64,000 bases of DNA from a virus (lineage: Duplodnaviria; Caudoviricetes), in IMG/VR virus record IMGVR_UViG_3300047545_000306, positions 39,151 to 103,150 of that record; one strand, given 5' to 3'. The notes beneath the pieces were generated by a model, which was not told the DNA's origin, did no database searches, and saw nothing but the letters and a program-made list of their open reading frames with translations. A program made the position numbers and the translations under genes. This document shows, piece by piece, positions 9,053-19,445 of this stretch (position 1 is the stretch's first letter; each line of letters opens with the position of its first letter).

Positions 9053-12000
9053 TTTCTACATCCTCCATAATCATTGTTCCATCTTTTGTTTTGCCCAAAG
9101 TAAACTTATAGGCAGTGCCCTCGTCAATCTTCATGTATGCCCTTGAGAAGGCAGTTGGGAATACTGTAACTGAGTGCAAAGTTCTTGATGCATCTGCTAG
9201 GACTAGAGATGCCATCTTCTTGCCAGCCTTTGTAATGCGTGGCTTAAATGATACCACGAATAGCTCATCATCCTTAAAAGGTAGCTGCCTGTAGTTTAGA
9301 ATCTTGATTAGACCAGAGGCATTACCCTGAATCTCATCTGCAGGAATTGCAGTAACAATTCTGTTATCGCTTGCCAAGATGATATAGGTCTTACCAGACT
9401 CAATGGCTGTCTGCTCTTCGTCAAAGATGCCAACGCTACCAGTCTTGTCAAGTATTTCTACACGACTCCAGCCCTTGCCACGCTTGATTGTCTTTACCAT
9501 ACCCATCAATACGAATGACCCCTTTTCCTCAAATTCATCTACCTCATTTATAAATGCGTAGTAGTGCTGCGGAATAGAGACATTAAACTCTGGCAGGTTA
9601 AGATACTCATACAGGTTCTCTTTTACCTCTTCGTCGTTACGAGGATTATCATCGAACGTAGCTGCCCCGATGAGTCTGAGAGCCTGTAGAGCTCTTGAGT
9701 TTACTCCGCTGCCCTTGGCAAAGGTAAATTCCTCAAGCTCCTTGTAATTCTTGAATGGTCGTGACTCCATGTACTTGTTGGCAATGTTATCGCTAATGTA
9801 CTTGATTGAAGACAGTCCAAATCTGATTCCCTTACCTTCAATCTTGAAGTCAGTGTCTGACTCGTTGATGTGTGGCAGACGAACTGGAATACCCATACGC
9901 TTTGCCTCAATCAGGTACTCTGTACGTGCATCCTTGTCTCCCTCGTTCTTTAGTAGGGAGTACATGAAGTCTAGTGGGTAGTAGTACTTCAACCATGCAG
10001 TCCAGTATGAAAGCGTTGAGTAAGCCACGGCGTGAGACTTGTTGAAGGAGTATCCTGCGTGAGCCTCAAAGTCGTGCCACAGCTCTTCTGCGACTGGCTG
10101 AGCCACAAATCTGACTGCTCCTGACACAAACTTGTCTCTAAACTGGTCGAACTCCTTGGCATCTTTCTTCTTACCAATGATCTTACGAACCTTATCAGCC
10201 TCTGCCATGGTCATTCCACCAAGTTCAGTACAAGCCTGCATAACCTGTTCCTGGTATAGAATACATCCGTAGGTCTCGGCAGTGAACGCCTTCATCACCT
10301 GGTGGTGGTAGGAGATGTTCTGCTTGCCGTGCTTACGAGCAATGTAGTCCTTACCAATGGTATTCATGGCACCTGGGCGAACCAAAGCGTTCGATGCAGC
10401 AAGTTCAGCAAAGCTGTTTACACGCATCTTGATCAGCAGATTGGTATATGGAGTAGCTTCACACTGGAACACGCCCTTGGTGTAGCCATCTGACAACATG
10501 TTGTAGACATTCTTGTCTTCCATATTAATCGTGTGCAGGTCGATCTTGTCTCCGACACGCTTCTCAATATTCTTCAAAGTGTCCTGAAGCACTGACAGAG
10601 TCTTTAGACCAAGTGCGTCAATCTTAATAAGACCAATACGCTCTGCTTCTGCCATGTCTACTGCCACTACTGGAATGCGTTCCTTGGTTCCTGGTGCCGT
10701 GCGAGTTTCTAGTGGAGCAAACTTAAAGATGGGCTCCTTAGAAGTTACAACACCTGCAGCGTGAATACCAGTACCACGAATGCGTCCACGAAGCTTTTCT
10801 CCATAGACCTCAATCTCTGGATACTTCTCACGGAACTCTTGAGTCTGCTTTGAGTTGCAATAGTCATCCCAGTCATCAACTAGCTTAAGTACCTTGTTAA
10901 CATCTGGTAGTGGAATGTTTAGAACACGAGCAATGTCTCGTACCATGCCCTTGCCCTTGAACTCAAGAAATGTTGCGATAGACGCAACGTGGCGATACTG
11001 GCGTACCAAATAGTCTTTAACCTCTTCACGGCGTGAGTCCTGGATGTCTGTATCGATATCTGGGAAGTCTGCACGTTCTGGATTAATGAAGCGGAAGAAC
11101 AGCAGTCCGTGCTGGATTGGATCGATGTCTGTAATCTCTAGTGCGTAGCAGAGTAGCGAACCAGCAGCAGAACCACGACCTGGACCAACCATGATATCTT
11201 CCTTCTTAGCCCACGCAATCATTGAGCGTACGACTAGGAAGTATGGTCCGAAGTTCTTGTCCTTGATTACCTTTAGCTCTTCGTCTAGACGATCTAGGTA
11301 TTCCTGATTGTCTGCTAGCCCCTTAGCCTTTAGACCAGCAATAGCAAGCTCATAGAGCTCTCCGTCTGGGTCTTGGTACTGTACAGGTAGCAGGTCCTGG
11401 TGGTCCTGAATGTCGTAGTCCTCAATCTTGTTTACAATATCCAGGGTAGCCTGATACATGTCTTCACGATCAATGCCCTGAGCCTTCATGGCATTGTGCA
11501 TCTCTTCGTCAGATAGTAGGTGGATGTCGAACTTGTTGAATGACATCTGTCGGTCTGCACCATATAGGTAGTCTAGACGCTCCATTAGGGTGTCGTACTT
11601 GGTAGACTCCTGGTAACTAACATCCTTCTCAGTCTTGTTAGAGTATGAGTTAAGGATTAGCTTTAGCTCCTGGATCTCTTTCTGAGAGGTGTCTGCGTGG
11701 TGACAGTCTGGAGTTACTACTGGAGTTACCCCAAATTCATCTGCAAGGTCAAGTAACAGCTTGTTTACTTCTGCAGGGTTGTGTGGCATTACTTCAATGT
11801 AGTAGTCGTCTCCAAAGGTCTTCTTTGCCCACTGGATGTGCTCTTTTGCTACAGCAAGGTTCTCTGCTTCAATTGCCTTGGCAAGAAAGCCAGATAGGCA
11901 GCCAGAGGTAATGATTAGTCCCTCTTTATACTGCTCTAGAATCTGCCAGTCCATGCGAGGCTTCTTGTAAAAACCCTCAGTCCAAGCAAGTTCGTTTAGC

Positions 12001-12323
12001 TTGTTAAGGTTCTCAAGACCCTTGGCATTCTTAGCAAGAATAATAAGGTGGTTATAGTTAAGGTCAAGGAGGTCGTTCTTTTCCTTCTTGTCTTCATGGT
12101 TGAAGCGGTCCTTAGTGATGTACCCCTCAATACCCAGAATAGGCTTGATGCCAGCTTCCTTTGCTGTACGGTACATTTCACGGTGTCCCGATAGACTTCC
12201 GTGGTCTGTGATAGCGATTGCATTCATCCCAAGCTCTACAGCACGATCCACATATTCCTGTGGTGTTGCAATGCCATCGAAGAGGCTGTAGTGGGTGTGT
12301 ACGTGGAGACCTACGTAACTCAT
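9045..12323 (-). CDS. dnaE: DNA polymerase III alpha subunit
   Basis: PHP domain LHVHTHYSLFDG/ITDHG, GRGSAAGSL, PDIDTD, YSFNKSHA. Confidence 0.97.
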   Translation of the reverse strand: MSYVGLHVHTHYSLFDGIATPQEYVDRAVELGMNAIAITDHGSLSGHREMYRTAKEAGIKPILGIEGYITKDRFNHEDKKEKNDLLDLNYNHLIILAKNAKGLENLNKLNELAWTEGFYKKPRMDWQILEQYKEGLIITSGCLSGFLAKAIEAENLAVAKEHIQWAKKTFGDDYYIEVMPHNPAEVNKLLLDLADEFGVTPVVTPDCHHADTSQKEIQELKLILNSYSNKTEKDVSYQESTKYDTLMERLDYLYGADRQMSFNKFDIHLLSDEEMHNAMKAQGIDREDMYQATLDIVNKIEDYDIQDHQDLLPVQYQDPDGELYELAIAGLKAKGLADNQEYLDRLDEELKVIKDKNFGPYFLVVRSMIAWAKKEDIMVGPGRGSAAGSLLCYALEITDIDPIQHGLLFFRFINPERADFPDIDTDIQDSRREEVKDYLVRQYRHVASIATFLEFKGKGMVRDIARVLNIPLPDVNKVLKLVDDWDDYCNSKQTQEFREKYPEIEVYGEKLRGRIRGTGIHAAGVVTSKEPIFKFAPLETRTAPGTKERIPVVAVDMAEAERIGLIKIDALGLKTLSVLQDTLKNIEKRVGDKIDLHTINMEDKNVYNMLSDGYTKGVFQCEATPYTNLLIKMRVNSFAELAASNALVRPGAMNTIGKDYIARKHGKQNISYHHQVMKAFTAETYGCILYQEQVMQACTELGGMTMAEADKVRKIIGKKKDAKEFDQFRDKFVSGAVRFVAQPVAEELWHDFEAHAGYSFNKSHAVAYSTLSYWTAWLKYYYPLDFMYSLLKNEGDKDARTEYLIEAKRMGIPVRLPHINESDTDFKIEGKGIRFGLSSIKYISDNIANKYMESRPFKNYKELEEFTFAKGSGVNSRALQALRLIGAATFDDNPRNDEEVKENLYEYLNLPEFNVSIPQHYYAFINEVDEFEEKGSFVLMGMVKTIKRGKGWSRVEILDKTGSVGIFDEEQTAIESGKTYIILASDNRIVTAIPADEIQGNASGLIKILNYRQLPFKDDELFVVSFKPRITKAGKKMASLVLADASRTLHSVTVFPTAFSRAYMKIDEGTAYKFTLGKTKDGTMIMEDVENV

Positions 12324-12358
12324 TAATATCCTTTATTAGTTTTATATGATGTGTAAAA

Positions 12359-12387
12359 ATTATGACATATTTTTTGCATGTTGTCAA
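12359..12387 (-). promoter_or_regulatory. Sigma70-type promoter of dnaE
   Basis: TTGACA-17 nt-CATAAT preceded by TG, upstream of an AAGGA SD. Confidence 0.7.
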
Positions 12388-12399
12388 GACATGTAAAGC

Positions 12400-12430
12400 A
12401 AATGGGGGCACCCTTTACAGATACCCCCAC
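12400..12430 (-). terminator. Intrinsic terminator after ssb
   Basis: GGGGGTAT...GTGCCCCC hairpin followed by ATTTGCTTT on the minus strand. Confidence 0.55.
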
Positions 12431-12441
12431 AAGCTTAGTTA

Positions 12442-13095
12442 CTACCAGTCCATGTTACTTGAGGTAACCGATGGAGTGTCGAAGCCAAAGTAGAAGGCTT
12501 CCTGCTCTGCATAGGCAACTTCACGAACTACCTTCTCAAGGTTGAAAGGCTCTAGAGCTGACCAGTCGTATGGCTCCGAGTCTGGCTTGGTTGGTAGCAA
12601 GGTAAAGTTGGTCTCAATACCCTGACCATTACGCTTTAGCTTCCACTCAAGGTTTGAGATAGATCCAGTCTCTAGTGCATACTCACGAATAGTGTTGAAT
12701 GCAGACTGCTTTGAGATGCCCTGTGACCACACAGCGACGTATGGATCCTCTAGACCATCCTCTACTAGAACGTTGCAGTAGAAGCGAAGCTTTGAACGCC
12801 ATCCTGCCTTTGGCTCCTTACGAGCCATCTCACAACCGAAGCAGCGACCTTCGCTGTCTAGGGTACATGCAGCCATTCGCTTGTAGTCTTTTGGATTGGT
12901 GTGCTGTGCGATAACTACAGACAGACCTCGTGCCTCTGAATAGTTTGCAGAGTCCTGATCAAGCTCCTCAAGGAAGCGAATCTTTGCTGACTGACCGTCC
13001 GCTAGCTTTACCCAACGAACCTTGGTTCCTGTTGATTCATACTTTGGCTTATCGAGAATTGCACCGATATCTTTTAGCCCTCTAATAATACTCAT
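12442..13095 (-). CDS. Single-stranded DNA-binding protein (gp32-like)
   Basis: KLADGQSAKIRFL, Cys residues (C...CFGC), acidic/aromatic C-terminus; lies between primase and polymerase. Confidence 0.7.
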   Translation of the reverse strand: MSIIRGLKDIGAILDKPKYESTGTKVRWVKLADGQSAKIRFLEELDQDSANYSEARGLSVVIAQHTNPKDYKRMAACTLDSEGRCFGCEMARKEPKAGWRSKLRFYCNVLVEDGLEDPYVAVWSQGISKQSAFNTIREYALETGSISNLEWKLKRNGQGIETNFTLLPTKPDSEPYDWSALEPFNLEKVVREVAYAEQEAFYFGFDTPSVTSSNMDW

Positions 13096-13123
13096 TTGTT
13101 TTCTCCTATTTTTTATTGGTTTC

Positions 13124-14068
13124 TTAGTTTAGCATACTGGCAATTGATTTGTCAAATGATTCATCAAGGTTCTTGATATCTTCATCGGACATATCTCCAA
13201 TATCCTTATATTGTTTATCTAGTTTTACTACGCTAACACGACTGCCAAGACGTTCTACGATCTTGGTCTTCATGTTACCGCCTGCTTCATCATTGTCTGC
13301 AATAACAATAACGTTATTGAAGTATTTTTGTAGTAGGTCTGTTTGAAAGTTAGACACATTTGCACCTAACGTTGCTACCGCTGGGAATCCACACTGGTCT
13401 AAGCGAATAGCATCGAAAGATGATTCTACCACATAAACCTTGCTGGATGTTTTAACACGGTGTAAATTAAATAGGGTCTTGCTTTTAGGTAGACCAGGAG
13501 TGTTCTTAAACTCTTTGCCCTCAATGGATCTACCAACAAATCCGATTTCCATGCCATCTGGTGAGTGAACTGGGATAGTTACCATGTCCTGCTTCTCAGA
13601 GAAGCCTAACTGGAACTTCTTTACAGATGCCTCTGTGATAAGTCTTCCAGAATAATATCGCAATGCACGTGGGGACTCCAATGCTTGCTGGTTTAAACGC
13701 TTAATAATTATCTGGTCATACTGGGTGTACTGTGGTTTTTCCTGTAGAGTTCTGCTAACAGTCTTCTCTATATCTGACTCTGTCTCTTTTGACTTGATGT
13801 ATCTAGCCGATTCAAAGTAGGTTCTTCCAGATGTGTGCATGATTAGTTCTATTAGACCACATACATGCTGGCAGGAAAAGCAGAAAAAGAATCCAGAAGT
13901 TTTATCAACTTCTCCAGCAGGTGAGCGTGAGTTGTTGTGGAATGGACAAAAGATGATATAGTCAGAGTCTACTTCTGACTGGATTTCGATTCCTGATCCA
14001 GTAATGACTCTTTGGATTTGTTCTTTTGTGTATAGATTGCCGTGCTTCCGTCTATTCCCTGTATACAT
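13124..14068 (-). CDS. dnaG: DNA primase
   Basis: CPFH...CFSC zinc finger; Toprim VVESSFD and ADNDEAG. Confidence 0.92.
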   Translation of the reverse strand: MYTGNRRKHGNLYTKEQIQRVITGSGIEIQSEVDSDYIIFCPFHNNSRSPAGEVDKTSGFFFCFSCQHVCGLIELIMHTSGRTYFESARYIKSKETESDIEKTVSRTLQEKPQYTQYDQIIIKRLNQQALESPRALRYYSGRLITEASVKKFQLGFSEKQDMVTIPVHSPDGMEIGFVGRSIEGKEFKNTPGLPKSKTLFNLHRVKTSSKVYVVESSFDAIRLDQCGFPAVATLGANVSNFQTDLLQKYFNNVIVIADNDEAGGNMKTKIVERLGSRVSVVKLDKQYKDIGDMSDEDIKNLDESFDKSIASMLN

Positions 14069-14313
14069 TCGCTCTGTCTCTTTCCTACATATATTCCATA
14101 TACTGATAATTTAAATTTAAAGTTCTCTTTTTCTTCATTATAGCTTATTGTAAAGTCTGGGTCAATATCTATTTTTGGGACATACCCTGCTATTCTCATC
14201 TCTGATACCAATAGCCTGATGTACTCAATCTTTAGCCGTGGAGTCATTGCTTCATCGTGGATTGTCCCATCCAAGCTAAAACGCTTAATTGCCTTATGGT
14301 GATAATTATCCAT
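13969..14313 (-). CDS. Hypothetical protein
   Basis: ORF with a leaderless promoter (TATAAT 6 nt before ATG). Confidence 0.7.
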   Translation of the reverse strand: MDNYHHKAIKRFSLDGTIHDEAMTPRLKIEYIRLLVSEMRIAGYVPKIDIDPDFTISYNEEKENFKFKLSVYGIYVGKRQSECIQGIDGSTAIYTQKNKSKESLLDQESKSSQK

Positions 14314-14325
14314 ACGACAATTATA

Positions 14326-15546
14326 CTACTTATCTTCGAAGTCCTTGTACTTGTACCAGCCCTTATCAAAGTCTGCCTGAACAATAAATTCCCCCATAAA
14401 ACCATTGCGGTTTTTACGGAATACGCATTCAATGATGTCCGAGTTGGTTGCACGACCAAGTGCTAGGACCCAGTCAGCATCGTATGCGATCTGGCGTGAC
14501 CAAGCAGTCTGTCCTAGAGTAGGAACAGTATCAAGCTTGTTAACGTCGTCTGGCGTTGCTGATGAGATTGCAATGATAGGCATCTCTTCTCCAATAGCCA
14601 TAAGTTTTAGCTCACGAGAAAGGTTCTTCATGCGAACTGTTTCGTTATCTGATTTTTGGTTAGGACTCATTAGCTGCAGATAGTCAACGATAATTAGGTC
14701 AGGCTTGTACTGATCAATCTTTCCTCTAATAACGCTTGGTGTTACTTCTCCACCGCCATCATTTGAGATGATGTGGAACTCTGGCTTACCAACAAGCTCC
14801 TTTGAGTGCCAACGTCGGAGATCGTCAATTTCTACTGCACCTGCAGAAAGCTTTCTGTGTGACCATAGACCCTCACCCATAATGGTAAATACACGGTTGC
14901 GAACTTCTGTCTCACTCATCTCAAGCGAAATAATGAGTGGTGACTTGCCAGACTTCCATGCCTGTACCGCAAAGTATAGTGCCATCCATGACTTACCAAT
15001 ACCTGGATAGGCTAGGAATACACCAAGCTGTCCTGGGGTGATTCCAGCAGGCAAGTAGTTGTCAAATCCTGCTAGACCAGTCTTAATACCCACGGATCCA
15101 AGTTCGTTCTGTCGCTTTACATTCTCATAGTAGGCGACTGCATCTTCAATGTCAGTGGCATCGATATCACGAATGACTGAGGTGTTTTTCTTGAGTGCGG
15201 ATGTCTTTGTAATGATATCTTCAAGAGCCTTGACTCCCTGACCTGCCTGGACCTCTCCAGCAGTAGTTCTTAGAATATCCTTGAGGCTGTCGGTTAGGTA
15301 CTCTGACTGTAGCTCTTCTAGGTGATACTTAGTTGCACCAATGCCATCCTGTGGCTGGAAGTCACGGAACTTATCAACAACCAAAGATACTGGTGGAACA
15401 GTTCCATTTATCTCGGAATAGTTACGAATAAAGTTCCAAATATCATTGTGAGTACGCAAGATATTGTCCACGTTTGCCTGTAGCAACACGTGTACCTGCT
15501 TGTCCTGCAATACCGCAGATATTAACTTGGCTTCTGTATTATTCAT
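14326..15546 (-). CDS. dnaB: DnaB-like replicative helicase
   Basis: AYPGIGKS, ISLEMS, IIVDYLQLM, DAD, KNRNG. Confidence 0.93.
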   Translation of the reverse strand: MNNTEAKLISAVLQDKQVHVLLQANVDNILRTHNDIWNFIRNYSEINGTVPPVSLVVDKFRDFQPQDGIGATKYHLEELQSEYLTDSLKDILRTTAGEVQAGQGVKALEDIITKTSALKKNTSVIRDIDATDIEDAVAYYENVKRQNELGSVGIKTGLAGFDNYLPAGITPGQLGVFLAYPGIGKSWMALYFAVQAWKSGKSPLIISLEMSETEVRNRVFTIMGEGLWSHRKLSAGAVEIDDLRRWHSKELVGKPEFHIISNDGGGEVTPSVIRGKIDQYKPDLIIVDYLQLMSPNQKSDNETVRMKNLSRELKLMAIGEEMPIIAISSATPDDVNKLDTVPTLGQTAWSRQIAYDADWVLALGRATNSDIIECVFRKNRNGFMGEFIVQADFDKGWYKYKDFEDK

Positions 15547-15850
15547 TTAACCACTGCTGAGCTAACTTGCGTCGCTCTGCTCTCTCCTCTAAGTCTCGTT
15601 TGTAATCTTCTCGTGCTTCGACAATCTTGTCTGCGTAGTTGGCGAAGTATTTCCATGTTGGGCTTTGTGCTGTGCTGAAATAATATTCTAGCAGATCATA
15701 GCAAAAAGGTAAAGTATAAGATTCAATGAGTGCGTCTGCAGCCCACTGCTCTACGTTTAAGTTTAATAGTGGCTTTTGCTCATACCTAGCAGTGTGTAGC
15801 TTGCTGTAGCGAGAAAGCAAAGCCATTCGGTCTTTGCGTTCTACAGCCAT
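15539..15850 (-). CDS. Hypothetical protein
   Basis: Translationally coupled to dnaB. Confidence 0.65.
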   Translation of the reverse strand: MAVERKDRMALLSRYSKLHTARYEQKPLLNLNVEQWAADALIESYTLPFCYDLLEYYFSTAQSPTWKYFANYADKIVEAREDYKRDLEERAERRKLAQQWLNE

Positions 15851-16059
15851 TATTCTAGTTCAGACTTAGAGTCGTTAACCTTTTCGGTTAGCTTAGCTTC
15901 TACAAATCCATACACACGGTCAAAGGCTTCTCCTGTGGTTTCGCCCTCACGCTTGTTGTCTGTTACGCTTAGATCAATCCTGAGTGACTGAAAGTTGCCT
16001 AGATTTAGCGTATACCCTAGACCAACTGATACCTTGGTTTCTTCGTTATTCATTCTCAT
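15850..16059 (-). CDS. Hypothetical protein
   Basis: GYTLNLGNFQSLRID motif; coupled to the downstream gene. Confidence 0.7.
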   Translation of the reverse strand: MRMNNEETKVSVGLGYTLNLGNFQSLRIDLSVTDNKREGETTGEAFDRVYGFVEAKLTEKVNDSKSELE

Positions 16060-16071
16060 ACCCTTTCAAGG

Positions 16072-16614
16072 CTAAATAGATTCGGACCAGATTGGGATAA
16101 AACGTCCGTCTTCTGTTCTTGTATATGTAAGCATACCATCTCCCATACGTCTTGTCAACTCCTGTTTTGTTGGAGTCATATTGTTTGTGATAAGTCCGTC
16201 TTTGCGTGGTTGACCAATATGATAAGATGCAAGTATATCACGAATCTCTCTTACCTGGGACTCTGAATAGTAGCTTCTCACCTGCCAGCCAGTTTCTCCA
16301 CCCTTTTGCGATCCAGTTGGATGTGGTATTACTCCACGCTTCATCAGGGATGGCATGTATTTCTTGTGTCTGTTTACAAGTGTTGCTGTTTCTCCGACAG
16401 TGAAAGCACGTTCACGATTCTTTTTAAAGTCACTAATAAGACAGCTTTCGATCTGGTCTTTAATTATGTTGTAGACAGACATGATTCCGTTTGACTTATT
16501 GAGATGGTGAATTCTAACAAGATCTCCATTAAGGAACCAGACTTTCTTGTTGCCTGGAATCACTTGTGCTTCGTTATATCCCTCTGCAGCTATGCTACCC
16601 TTTTTAATACCCAT
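16072..16614 (-). CDS. MerR-like HTH DNA-binding protein
   Basis: FTVGETATLVNRH...RGVIP...RSYYSESQV wing motif. Confidence 0.6.
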   Translation of the reverse strand: MGIKKGSIAAEGYNEAQVIPGNKKVWFLNGDLVRIHHLNKSNGIMSVYNIIKDQIESCLISDFKKNRERAFTVGETATLVNRHKKYMPSLMKRGVIPHPTGSQKGGETGWQVRSYYSESQVREIRDILASYHIGQPRKDGLITNNMTPTKQELTRRMGDGMLTYTRTEDGRFIPIWSESI

Positions 16615-16622
16615 GGCACAAC

Positions 16623-17069
16623 CTAGTTTGGAATGCCAACAGCAATGATGTTTAGCCCTAGGGTCATCGTTCCTGTTGTGTTAAACGTCACGACAAAGCT
16701 AACCTGTGACGAATTTACCTCTTTGATTACTACAGAAACATTCTTACCTGCTGGCGTGTTTCCAATATTGACAGGACTTACAGTAACAATTGGAGCATAC
16801 TTAAAGTCCTTAATTGGAAATGGGTAAACATACTCTAGAGATGTTGTTGCATTCATGTTGGTGTTTGAGACTATCTCCAGATACCCTGCAATTATCTTAG
16901 ACTCAGCAGCACGTACATTTTGGACACCATTGTTTTTTGTGTCTACTGTAACCTGCTTATTCGTTGACGGAGATACTTGCTTTGCTAGATCATTGATAGC
17001 ATTTGCAATTTCATACATGTAGGCAACGTCAATTGGCTGACCTCTGGTTGGTGGAGATATCTTTGGCAT
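16623..17069 (-). CDS. Minor tail protein
   Basis: C-terminal beta domain (F..APIVTVS...IIAVG) at the end of the tail-tip block. Confidence 0.55.
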   Translation of the reverse strand: MPKISPPTRGQPIDVAYMYEIANAINDLAKQVSPSTNKQVTVDTKNNGVQNVRAAESKIIAGYLEIVSNTNMNATTSLEYVYPFPIKDFKYAPIVTVSPVNIGNTPAGKNVSVVIKEVNSSQVSFVVTFNTTGTMTLGLNIIAVGIPN

Positions 17070-17094
17070 AGTAGTTCTATTATAGCAGAAGAAA

Positions 17095-17814
17095 CTATAT
17101 TACTGTTGGTTCTACTGGACCATTTGGGTCTGGGAATATCTGAAGATGTGAACTAAGCTTTTTAGAGTTTAGCCTATTGGCAGTTGTTTCTGATCCATTT
17201 AGTGACTGCCCCTCTATCTGTACAATAGCCTTGAGGTAGGTTGCACCAATTGGATTTAGGAAAGAGTAAAAATGTATCTTTGAAGTTCCGTGATAAAAGA
17301 AGTCTGGCTCTAGGTTTCCTACCGTTGCAGTCTCTGCAATGTCTGCGTGAGTCAGGGCGAAGCTGACTATCGTTATTGGATTATCGCTGTCGTCTACATC
17401 ATTAGAGGTTGAGGTGACTATGTGAGTACCATTAAAAATAGAGTCCATTCCAGTTACATATATTTCATCGCCTACATAGGTACCTACTGTTCCAGTAACC
17501 TTAATAGTTGCAACGTTTGATGTGATTGACTTTCCAAAAATGTCGTATCCGAAGGTTGCAAAAATATCATACCCTGGACGATCTAGTTCGTCTCCCCAGG
17601 TAACTGTAGTGGTTACTTTATTGGTTGACACATTTATGGAGCCTCTGACAGTAGATATTGGGTCTGACTCAACAATGTGTATTTGTGACCATGCAGAGGT
17701 CCTGTTCTTGTCATCAGACACTATCCTGTAGCGAACATAGTAATCATTCATCTTACCGACTGGAGGAAGACTTGCCTTTTTGACCATAACCTTCTTAATA
17801 ATTCCAGATGCCAC
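17095..17814 (-). CDS. Minor tail protein
   Basis: FN3-like YYVRYRIVS...SAWS; tail-tip block. Confidence 0.55.
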   Translation of the reverse strand: MASGIIKKVMVKKASLPPVGKMNDYYVRYRIVSDDKNRTSAWSQIHIVESDPISTVRGSINVSTNKVTTTVTWGDELDRPGYDIFATFGYDIFGKSITSNVATIKVTGTVGTYVGDEIYVTGMDSIFNGTHIVTSTSNDVDDSDNPITIVSFALTHADIAETATVGNLEPDFFYHGTSKIHFYSFLNPIGATYLKAIVQIEGQSLNGSETTANRLNSKKLSSHLQIFPDPNGPVEPTVI

Positions 17815-18947
17815 TACTGTACATCCATTCCAAATCTAAATTCTGCCATGTTGGACGTGTTAAGCCCCTTGATTACTGGAAGTGCGTCGTCTGTCTTTAT
17901 AACTGAGTAGCCAGTCATGCCGTACAGCGGATTGGTTGATGTGGTGTTTTCTAGTCTTAACGCATCTATGCCTATCAGATAGTCTGGGGATGGTACCCCA
18001 CCGTTTATAACTGTGGCAAATATTTTTATGACTGCAACATCTTGCCAGTTAAAGGATGACGACTTTGCCAGCTCTTCAAGCTTGGCTTTTGCAACCACGT
18101 ATCTATTAGCAGAAAGGTCCTGCCTTCCAATACCAAAGCCATTTGTTACCTCTATCTGGAACTTTGCCCTGTCACCAGTTGATGCCGAGTCAGATGTTGC
18201 AAACTCAACTATAATCCTAACTGCATCTGGTACGTCTGTGCTTGCGGCTGACTTATTTATTACAGAGAATGCAAGCCTTAGTTCGTCAAGTGGGCTGTTC
18301 TTGCTTAAGTTAAAAGATCTTCCTGTTAGGTGAATGTGGTCTGAGTTATCTGTAGTGTCAAAGTCTTCATCAATTGACGACAGGTCTCCAGAAAGAAAAA
18401 TTGTGTTGTTCAAAAATCTTGGTCGTTCATGTCTATTTACTCTAAGACTGTTTTGGAATGTTACGTTATCTGCATTGGCAGTAAAAACCTTTTGCACAAC
18501 GTCACCGTTCTTGACAACAATAATATTGTTAGAGTCTTCGTGTAGTGGACCTGACGCAGCATAGATTGATGTCGAAAGAGTGTCTGTGTGATACTCCCAG
18601 TTTTCTGTAGAAGAAAAAGATACTAGAGTTCTACTGTCTGTTGATGTTAGTGCTGGGTCAGCCTTGGCAGAGAATACTCCCACCTCTGTGACCTCGTAGC
18701 GTTCTTCTGTTGGCAGCTCTGCCGTAAACACAATCTTCTGTACGTCATCTTCAACTACATATCCACGAGATGTGATTGGCACCCTTAGCATTTCAAATGT
18801 AAGATTCTCCCTATTAGAGTAGTCTCCGTATTGTGAGGATGTTCCCAGTGGCTTTTCTCCACAACCAAATGCCATGTATGAGGCATATGCAGGTGCTTGA
18901 CCAATTAAAAATTTGGCAATAATATTTTTTCCAGTATTAGTAATCAT
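17814..18947 (-). CDS. Minor tail/baseplate protein
   Basis: MITNTGK..IAKFL...EVGVF N-terminus typical of tail-fibre attachment proteins. Confidence 0.6.
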   Translation of the reverse strand: MITNTGKNIIAKFLIGQAPAYASYMAFGCGEKPLGTSSQYGDYSNRENLTFEMLRVPITSRGYVVEDDVQKIVFTAELPTEERYEVTEVGVFSAKADPALTSTDSRTLVSFSSTENWEYHTDTLSTSIYAASGPLHEDSNNIIVVKNGDVVQKVFTANADNVTFQNSLRVNRHERPRFLNNTIFLSGDLSSIDEDFDTTDNSDHIHLTGRSFNLSKNSPLDELRLAFSVINKSAASTDVPDAVRIIVEFATSDSASTGDRAKFQIEVTNGFGIGRQDLSANRYVVAKAKLEELAKSSSFNWQDVAVIKIFATVINGGVPSPDYLIGIDALRLENTTSTNPLYGMTGYSVIKTDDALPVIKGLNTSNMAEFRFGMDVQ

Positions 18948-19444
18948 GTATATATTGTACCATTAAGTGTCGTTCCTGCTGACAGGATCTGAATCTCTAC
19001 CTGCTGATCTGCTGGCAAACCAACTATGTTTACCACTAAGTCTCCAGTCCCCTCTTCCACATATACCGACTGGTTCTGCGGACCTGTTCCTGCACCTGGC
19101 TCTGGAAGATGATTCTCTAATCTAATTGGATAGTTCTCAAAGTATTCAGTAGAGGTGTTTTGTAGAGACAGGATGTTCTGTGGGTTGTACTGAGAAAAGA
19201 CTGTTGATAAGTTTTTGATAGGGCTGTAGACGACATCCTGACCATTAACCAGATCGTGTCTGGCTATAGATATTAGCTCTTGTCCAGATATTCCTTCAAA
19301 GTCCATAGAAGGTAGTGCGGCTGTCTCAAGACTTGACATCCTATCCGCTTGTCTAGCTAAGATATCTGGTGATGCAATTTTTATATTACTATTGTTAACT
19401 GCAGACAAGTATTTGCCAGGAGACGCTGGAGTTGGAGTTACCAT
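18944..19444 (-). CDS. Minor tail protein
   Basis: Coupled within the tail-tip operon. Confidence 0.5.
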   Translation of the reverse strand: MVTPTPASPGKYLSAVNNSNIKIASPDILARQADRMSSLETAALPSMDFEGISGQELISIARHDLVNGQDVVYSPIKNLSTVFSQYNPQNILSLQNTSTEYFENYPIRLENHLPEPGAGTGPQNQSVYVEEGTGDLVVNIVGLPADQQVEIQILSAGTTLNGTIYT

Positions 19445-19445
19445 A

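Noticed and set aside
9045-15546. Inteins or introns in dnaE, dnaG and dnaB
   Set aside because: Lengths are normal, motifs are contiguous, and no splice-junction or homing-endonuclease motifs were seen.
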